Source: Xanthomonas campestris pv. campestris str. ATCC 33913
GTDB lineage: Bacteria; Pseudomonadota; Gammaproteobacteria; Xanthomonadales; Xanthomonadaceae
NCBI RefSeq assembly: GCF_000007145.1
Contig: NC_003902.1
Coordinates: 1,267,436 to 1,299,435 of the forward strand
DNA: 32,000 nt
Reading direction: 5' to 3'
Shown here: positions 26,633 to 32,000 of the stretch, one piece after another
Layout: the number at the start of each line of letters is the position of its first letter
How positions within the stretch are numbered: the stretch's first letter is position 1
Notes under the pieces: model-generated
Database searches by the model: none
Seen by the model: the letters and a program-made list of their open reading frames with translations, nothing else
Told to the model about the DNA's origin: nothing
Translations under genes and position numbers: made by a program

Positions 26633-27487
26633 CTACAGCAGATCCAGTGGCTGCTTGCGCGTGGGCGGTGGAAATGCGCTGTCCAGGTCTGCCAGATCCC
26701 GCGCATCGAGTTGCAGCGTGCATGCATCCGCATTGGCGCGGACATGCGCCGGCGTGCCGGATTCGGGAATGGCGATCACCTGGCCACTGCGGATGGCCCA
26801 CGCCAGCGCCACCGCGGTAGCCGCTACGCCGCGTCGCGCACCGATGGCATGCAGCACCGGGTGATCGAGCAACGCACGGCTGCCGAGCGGCGAATACGCC
26901 ATCACCGTCACCGCATGTTGCGCGCACCACGGCAACAGATCGAACTCGATGCCGCGGCTGCCGGCGTGATACAGCACCTGATTCACCAGGCAGTGCTGCC
27001 CGCCATCGATCTGCCAGAGCTCCTGCATGTCGTCGACATCGAAATTGGACACGCCCCAGTCACGGATCTTGCCCGCATCGCGCAGTGTTTCGAACGCAGC
27101 GACCACCTCCGCCAGATCGCTGCCGCCGCGCCAATGCAGCAGATACAGATCCAGCGTGCGCACGCCCAGGCGTTGCAGACTGGCTTCGCAGGCACGCGCA
27201 ATGCCGCGCGCGCTGGCGTTGCTGGGCAGCACCTTGGACACCAGATACGGCGGCTGCCCGCGTGCGATCACCTGGCTGATCAACTGTTCCGAGCGGCCAT
27301 TGCCGTACATCTCGGCGGTATCGATCAAGCGCATCCCCAGCGCCTGGCCGGTCTGCAGTGCTTCGATCTCCTGCTGCGGCGCATGCCGTCCCTGGACCAG
27401 GTTCCAGGAGCCCATGCCCAGCGCAGGCACGCTGCGTCCGTTGCGCAAGGTCACCTGCGGGCAGTGGGTGGTGTCGGATTCGGACAT
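26633..27487 (-). CDS. Aldo/keto reductase family oxidoreductase
   Basis: 284 aa. Motifs: ...LIDTAEMYGNGRSEQL..., ...LDLYLLHW..., ...IRDWGVSNF... Confidence 0.9.
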   Translation of the reverse strand: MSESDTTHCPQVTLRNGRSVPALGMGSWNLVQGRHAPQQEIEALQTGQALGMRLIDTAEMYGNGRSEQLISQVIARGQPPYLVSKVLPSNASARGIARACEASLQRLGVRTLDLYLLHWRGGSDLAEVVAAFETLRDAGKIRDWGVSNFDVDDMQELWQIDGGQHCLVNQVLYHAGSRGIEFDLLPWCAQHAVTVMAYSPLGSRALLDHPVLHAIGARRGVAATAVALAWAIRSGQVIAIPESGTPAHVRANADACTLQLDARDLADLDSAFPPPTRKQPLDLL

Positions 27488-27870
27488 GGCAGGGCTCCAG
27501 CGATCAGTGAGAGGGTGGTGCAGGCACCGGCACGGCAGTGGGCAGTGGGCAGCGGGCGCGTTGCAGCCTTGGCCTGCGCATCCCAGAACGCGCAGCGATG
27601 CTGTGCGACGAAGTCCGGCGTGGGCCCGATCCTGCCGGGCGACAGTGTCAACGGCGTGTCGCCATCGAAGCGTGGCCAGGCTGGACGCCCGCCGCCATTG
27701 GGATCGCCGCTGCGCGCGAAGGCGCCCCAGTAATCCTGCAGCGTGTTGGCAAGTGCGTGCTGCGCAACGTGAACTCCGGTGCTACCAATTTAAAATACGC
27801 GCCCCTGCTCCAGCCCTGTCCATGCGCTGAATGCATCCTGCGTATCGCGTATGGCACCACGGATCTGTAG
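27451..27870 (-). pseudogene. Type-B carboxylesterase pseudogene, C-terminal fragment
   Basis: Own minus-strand translation below an in-frame TAA (27790..27792): IGSTGVHVAQHALANTLQDYWGAFARSGDPNGGGRPAWPRFDGDTPLTLSPGRIGPTPDFVAQHRCAFWD... (27580..27741 holds the core). This matches the C-terminal ...W-x-x-FA-x-(S/T)G(D/N)P...WP-x-(Y/F)...C-x-FW signature of COesterase-family enzymes. There is no start codon. The same frame stays open for 26 more codons above the TAA, up to 27870. Confidence 0.7.
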
Positions 27871-27907
27871 TTAAATGATGACCCTCTAATCACACTTCGA
27901 GAATAAC

Positions 27908-28246
27908 GTGAAGAAAATCTACCTAACCGTTGCGCTGCTGGCATTGGCGATCAGTTCCAATGCCGCGCTTGCACAGGAACCAAGTTTTTACGATTGTCAG
28001 AATAAGCGGATCCGAATGAGCATCCCGTCTATGCCCCTGGGCGAGGCCGTTGCTCGGTTCACAGAGCTGACACATTGCCCAGTGTCGATCGATGCTGACG
28101 AAGTCGCGAATACAGATGTGCATGAAATTCCGACTTTCGCCGTGAAAGGTAAGCTGACTCCCCGCAAAGCACTCGCTTTGATGCTCTCGAGTTCTCCGTT
28201 GAAGGCAAAGGAGATCAAGGGCGGATTCTCCATTTATCAAAACTAA
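27908..28246 (+). CDS. Small secreted STN-domain-only protein (Secretin/TonB N-terminal short domain)
   Basis: 112 aa with a GTG start. Signal peptide MKKIYLTVALLALAISSNAALA|QE. Then IPSMPLGEAVARFTELTHCPVSIDADEV...VKGKLTPRKALALMLSSSPLKAKEIKGGFSIY, which follows the STN pattern (i-p-x-x-p-L-x-x-A-l-x-x-f...G-x-x-t-x-x-x-A-L-x-x-lL...g-x-x-i). Composition is markedly AT-richer with A/T-ending codons, unlike all neighbouring genes. Confidence 0.7.
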   Translation: MKKIYLTVALLALAISSNAALAQEPSFYDCQNKRIRMSIPSMPLGEAVARFTELTHCPVSIDADEVANTDVHEIPTFAVKGKLTPRKALALMLSSSPLKAKEIKGGFSIYQN

Positions 28247-28310
28247 AAAAATTAAAATAAGATAATGTAAAGGGTGCTCATCGCGGCGTGTAAAGTGGGG
28301 CTCGGCGGTA

Positions 28311-29243
28311 TTAAAATGGACGGTACTCTGTAGATGGGAAATCGAGCGTCATCGAATCGGTGTAGCTTCGGGCGGAGCCGTTTTCCCATAATCCGTTTGC
28401 ATCCGATGCCGCTGAGCACCCGTGGCGCTGGCACAGAAACTTTGGCTCGGGGGCGTGATACGCGCCCAGTGCATGTGAAACGTCAACCGCAATAGACTGA
28501 ATGGCGCACCCGGGTCGTCGAACTTCGTAGGCGTACATCGGCACGCGGGTACGCAGCAGCTGGTCCAGCGTCGGGTGGTGCAGGCGGATCCGCGATGTGT
28601 GACTGGATTTGCACGATCTGTAACAAGTTTGCAGGTGCACGCCAGCGCGACTGCGCGACTGCGCCGCCATGTGCGCATACTGCGCCAGGACCGGTGCCTG
28701 CGCGGCATACATGCGTTTTACGCGCACCTCGTAGCCGCTTTGCAGGGTTCAACTTGTTGGCGTAGTAAAGCAATTGCGCAAACGGGCGGCCCTCAGTGCG
28801 ATTGCTGCCGATCAACAACAACACTTGGAGCTGCCGCGCCTGGGCAATGGCCAGGCCTGGCGGTGCGGGCAGTACATCGCCACCGCGCATCGGCGTCCAG
28901 GCCGGTCAGTCCGCGGCGCTGCAGTTCGGCATCGGCCGGGGTCTCGGCGGGCAGCTGGCGCAGGCACGCGGCAACATCACATGTGCGTGCGCTGCCCAGT
29001 ACATCCGCCCTCTGTGCGTCACCGCGCCCGGCATCGCTGCGTGCGACGGTTGAGTCGCCAGTCGGGCAGCTGCGGCTTTGCAGAATCGCGCGCTGCCGGC
29101 TTCTGTTGGGCGATCTTGGCGCTCCGTGGCTCGGATGCCATGCGCGGACCGTGGTGACAGGCCAGCGCGCAGGATTTTTCTCTTCCGTACTCGTGCAAGA
29201 CAGCGAGGCTATGCCGCGGCGGCTGCGACGCATGCTGCTGCAT
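28311..29243 (-). pseudogene. Type-B carboxylesterase pseudogene, central fragment with several frameshifts; N-terminal third (catalytic Ser region) missing or unrecognisable
   Basis: Family motifs are spread over three minus-strand frames. RAILQS (29075..29092) and CLRQLPAE (28944..28967) lie in the frame of track ORF 28793..29302. GDVLPAPPGLAIAQARQLQVLLLIGSNRTEGRPF (28780..28881) lies in ORF 28483..28890. VPMYAYEV...LGAYHAPEPKFL (28428..28544) lies in ORF 28311..28727. They appear in the order expected for COesterase proteins (AI-x-QSG ... CLR ... LP-x-x-P-x-x-AIA-x-G...LLIG-x-x-R-x-EG ... Y-x-Y-x-F...GA-x-HA-x-E-x-x-F-x-F). The 5' limit is uncertain; clear similarity starts near 29092. Confidence 0.65.
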
Positions 29244-29260
29244 CCCACGTTCAAGACACT

Positions 29261-29294
29261 AAAAAACCCGGCCACGCTACACGCGGCCGGGTTT
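29261..29294 (-). terminator. Rho-independent terminator of gcvP (bidirectional architecture)
   Basis: On the minus strand: AAACCCGGCC-GCGTGTAGCGT-GGCCGGGTTTTTT. The stem is CCCGGCC/GGCCGGG (29267..29273 and 29285..29291), with an A-run on one side and a T-run on the other. It lies 30 nt after the gcvP stop. Confidence 0.8.
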
Positions 29295-29323
29295 GAGTTC
29301 AACGAAGGGCAGCGTTGCGGCGC

Positions 29324-32000
29324 TTATGCCACCACATCGTCCTTGTACGCATCCACCGGGATACAGGCACACATCACGTTCTTGTCGCCGTAGACATTGT
29401 CCACGCGGCCCACCGGCGGCCAGTACTTCTGCTGCTTGAGCGAGGGCAGCGGGAAGGCGGCCAGCTCGCGCGGATAGGCATGCGTCCACTCACTGGCCGA
29501 GACCTGCGTGGCGGTGTGCGGGGCGTGCTTGAGCGGGTTGTCCTCGCGGTCCAGGCGGCCGTCTTCGATCGCGCGGATTTCTTCGCGGATCTGGATCATC
29601 GCGTCGATGAAGCGGTCCAGTTCATGCTGCGATTCGCTTTCGGTCGGCTCCACCATCAAGGTGCCGGCCACCGGGAAGCTCAGCGTCGGCGCATGGAAGC
29701 CGAAGTCGATCAGCCGCTTGGCGATGTCCTCGGCACCGATGCCGCTGGTCTTTTCCAGCGGGCGCACGTCGAGGATGCACTCGTGCGCCACCAGCCCGTT
29801 GCGGCCGGTGTACAGCGTCTTGTAGTGCGCGCTCAAACGCTTGGCGATGTAGTTGGCGTTGAGCAATGCCACCTGCGTGGCCTTGCGCAGGCCGGCACTG
29901 CCCATCATGGTCACGTACATCCAGCTGATCGGCAGGATCGAGGCGGAGCCGTAGCTGGCCGCGCTGACCATGCCGACCTCGCCTTCGCCGAAGTTGGATC
30001 CGCTGCCATGGATGGCAGCTTTTTGATTTTCGCCGGCACGGATGCCGGCATTAGGAAGCGTCTTGGGCAGGAACGGGGCCAGATGCGATTTGACTGCACA
30101 CGGGCCCACGCCAGGGCCGCCGCCGCCATGTGGAATGCAGAAGGTCTTGTGCAGGTTGAGATGCGACACGTCCGAGCCCCACTTGCCGGGCTTGGCCACG
30201 CCGACCAGGGCGTTCATGTTGGCGCCGTCGGTATACACCTGGCCGCCGTGCGCGTGCACCGCTTCGCAAATCGCCACCACGTCTTCTTCGAACACGCCGT
30301 GCGTGGACGGGTAGGTGATCATCAGCGCGGCCAGGCGGTCGGAATATTTCTCGGCCTTGGCGCGAATGTCATCGACATCGACATTGCCGTTGGCATCGCA
30401 CTTGGTCACCACCACGGTCATGCCGCACATCTGCGCGGAGGCCGGGTTGGTGCCGTGGGCGGATTCGGGAATCAGGCAGATGTCGCGGTGGGCTTCGTTG
30501 CGCGAGCGGTGATAGGCGCGGATTGCCAGCAGGCCGGCGTATTCGCCCTGCGCGCCGGAATTGGGCTGCAGGCTCACCGCGTCGTAGCCGGTGCATTCGA
30601 CCAGCATCGCTTCCAGTTCTTCGATCAGCTGCGCATAACCGGCCGACTGCTCGGGCGGTGCCAGCGGATGGATCGCGCCGAATTCCGGCCAGGTCACCGG
30701 AATCATCTCGGCGGTGGCGTTGAGCTTCATCGTGCAGCTGCCCAGCGGGATCATGGTGCGATCCATGGCCAGGTCCTTGTCGGCCAGCGAGCGCATGTAG
30801 CGCAGCAGTTCGTGTTCGCTGTGATGGGTGTTGAACACCGGGTGCTGCAGGAATGCGCTGGTGCGGCGCATGCCCTGCGGCAGCGCGTCGGCGGTGGCCG
30901 CATCCAGCGCATCGATATCCGCCTGGGCACCGAACAGCTGCGCCAGTGCCACCACATCGGCGCGCGTGCTGGTTTCGTCCAGGCTGATGCCGACCGCTTC
31001 GCTATCGATCGCGCGCAGGTTGATGCCGGCCGCATGCGCCTTGGCGTGGATGGCATCGGCATCGATCGCCTTGACGTGCAGCGTGTCGAAGAAATGCTCG
31101 CCCACGGTGACGCCGGCGCTGCGCAATGCGGCCGCCAGGATCGCCGCCAGGCGATGGGTGCGGCGGGCAATGCGTGTGAGGCCCTCGGGGCCGTGGTAGA
31201 CCGCGTACATCGAGGCCATCACCGCCAGCAGCACCTGCGCGGTGCAGATGTTGGAGGTGGCCTTTTCGCGACGAATGTGTTGCTCACGCGTCTGCAGCGT
31301 GAGGCGATAGGCCGGGTTGCCGGCAGCATCGATCGACACCCCGATCAAGCGGCCCGGCATCGAGCGCTTGTAGGCATCGCGGCAGGCCATGAAGGCCGCA
31401 TGCGGGCCACCGAAGCCGAACGGCACGCCGAAGCGCTGCGAGTTGCCCACCACGATGTCCGCGCCCCATTCGCCCGGCGCGGCGATCAGCGTGAGCGCCA
31501 GCAGATCGGTGGCCACGGCGACCAGGCCGCCCTGCGCGTGCACGGCATCGGCCAACGCGGCGTGATCGCCGATGTGGCCGAAGCTGTCCGGGTACTGCAG
31601 CAGCACGCCGAAGCACTCGGCCTGCATGGCTTCGTCCGGCGTGCCCACACGCAGCACGATGCCCAGCGGCTCGGCGCGCGTGCGCAGCAGCTCCTGCGTC
31701 TGCGGGTGCACTGCGTCGTGCACGAAGAACGTATCGGACTTGGACTTGGCCGAGCGCTTGGCCAGCGTCATCGCTTCGGCTGCGGCGGTGGCTTCGTCCA
31801 GCAGCGAGGCATTGGCGATCTGCATGCCGGTGAGGTCGGCGCACATGGTCTGGAAGTTGATCAGCGCTTCCATGCGGCCCTGCGAAATCTCGGCCTGGTA
31901 GGGCGTGTAGGCGGTGTACCAGGCCGGGTTTTCCAGGATGTTGCGCAGGATCACCTTCGGCGTATGCGTGCCGTAGTACCCCTGGCCGATGAACGTGCGC
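29324..32000 (-). CDS. gcvP: Glycine dehydrogenase (decarboxylating), glycine cleavage system P protein; 5' end lies beyond the window
   Basis: The track ORF 29324..31954 begins artificially at an internal codon. The same frame stays open to the window edge and reads ...[46 protein letters not shown]..., the conserved GcvP N-domain. Confidence 0.95.
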   Translation of the reverse strand, partial: RTFIGQGYYGTHTPKVILRNILENPAWYTAYTPYQAEISQGRMEALINFQTMCADLTGMQIANASLLDEATAAAEAMTLAKRSAKSKSDTFFVHDAVHPQTQELLRTRAEPLGIVLRVGTPDEAMQAECFGVLLQYPDSFGHIGDHAALADAVHAQGGLVAVATDLLALTLIAAPGEWGADIVVGNSQRFGVPFGFGGPHAAFMACRDAYKRSMPGRLIGVSIDAAGNPAYRLTLQTREQHIRREKATSNICTAQVLLAVMASMYAVYHGPEGLTRIARRTHRLAAILAAALRSAGVTVGEHFFDTLHVKAIDADAIHAKAHAAGINLRAIDSEAVGISLDETSTRADVVALAQLFGAQADIDALDAATADALPQGMRRTSAFLQHPVFNTHHSEHELLRYMRSLADKDLAMDRTMIPLGSCTMKLNATAEMIPVTWPEFGAIHPLAPPEQSAGYAQLIEELEAMLVECTGYDAVSLQPNSGAQGEYAGLLAIRAYHRSRNEAHRDICLIPESAHGTNPASAQMCGMTVVVTKCDANGNVDVDDIRAKAEKYSDRLAALMITYPSTHGVFEEDVVAICEAVHAHGGQVYTDGANMNALVGVAKPGKWGSDVSHLNLHKTFCIPHGGGGPGVGPCAVKSHLAPFLPKTLPNAGIRAGENQKAAIHGSGSNFGEGEVGMVSAASYGSASILPISWMYVTMMGSAGLRKATQVALLNANYIAKRLSAHYKTLYTGRNGLVAHECILDVRPLEKTSGIGAEDIAKRLIDFGFHAPTLSFPVAGTLMVEPTESESQHELDRFIDAMIQIREEIRAIEDGRLDREDNPLKHAPHTATQVSASEWTHAYPRELAAFPLPSLKQQKYWPPVGRVDNVYGDKNVMCACIPVDAYKDDVVA

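Noticed and set aside
27790-28333. Direct repeats as target-site duplications of the AT-rich block: TTAAAAT (27790..27796, 28252..28258, 28311..28317) and TCTGTAG (27864..27870, 28327..28333)
   Set aside because: I searched for 7-mers across loosely defined ~80-bp boundary zones in AT-rich sequence, where chance matches are expected. Removing the block in silico at either repeat does not restore the esterase frame. They may still mark the junctions but cannot be claimed.
29141-29243. YGREKSCALAC as the degenerate GESAG catalytic-serine motif of the esterase
   Set aside because: It matches G-E-S-A only if three inserted residues are ignored, and its spacing to the AI-x-QS motif is about 9 residues too long. 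I therefore treat the pseudogene's 5' limit as uncertain rather than claim the active site.
28575-29393. 272-aa plus-strand ORF
   Set aside because: It runs antisense to the carboxylesterase pseudogene, crosses the gcvP terminator and enters the gcvP 3' end. Its composition is R/A/S/C-rich, and I recognised no motifs.

Overview
High-GC (roughly two-thirds G+C by eye) gammaproteobacterial chromosomal DNA. Gene content and order look Xanthomonas-like; that is an inference from content, no search was run. Most of the window is ordinary housekeeping or accessory metabolism. Order, left to right: GH3 glycosidase 5' end (-); three-subunit molybdenum hydroxylase operon (2Fe-2S / FAD / Mo subunits, -); a + strand operon of DUF763-like protein, GIY-YIG/T5orf172-like protein and cupin; a lysine/alanine-rich histone H1-like protein; a complete lexA2-imuA-imuB-dnaE2 SOS mutagenesis cassette with a palindromic operator; a small secreted protein (-); OPT oligopeptide transporter, outer-membrane beta-barrel and secreted S9 peptidase (+); a 2.1-kb three-gene block (orphan protein, secreted orphan, PAS-AraC regulator) bracketed by two ~95% identical 150-bp foldback MITE-like elements; a field of structured REP-like repeats; katE (-); aldo/keto reductase (-); a decayed type-B carboxylesterase pseudogene interrupted by an AT-richer ~0.46-kb block carrying a signal-peptide + STN-domain-only ORF on the opposite strand; gcvP (-, truncated by the window end). 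I recognised no rRNA, tRNA, CRISPR array, transposase or integrase. Best leads: (1) the translationally coupled DUF763(HhH)/GIY-YIG/cupin operon of unknown function beside the SOS cassette; (2) the foreign-looking STN-only gene embedded in the esterase pseudogene; (3) the MITE pair and the REP-like hairpins that show compensatory stem changes. All family assignments come from reading motifs in the translations. None has been checked against a database.
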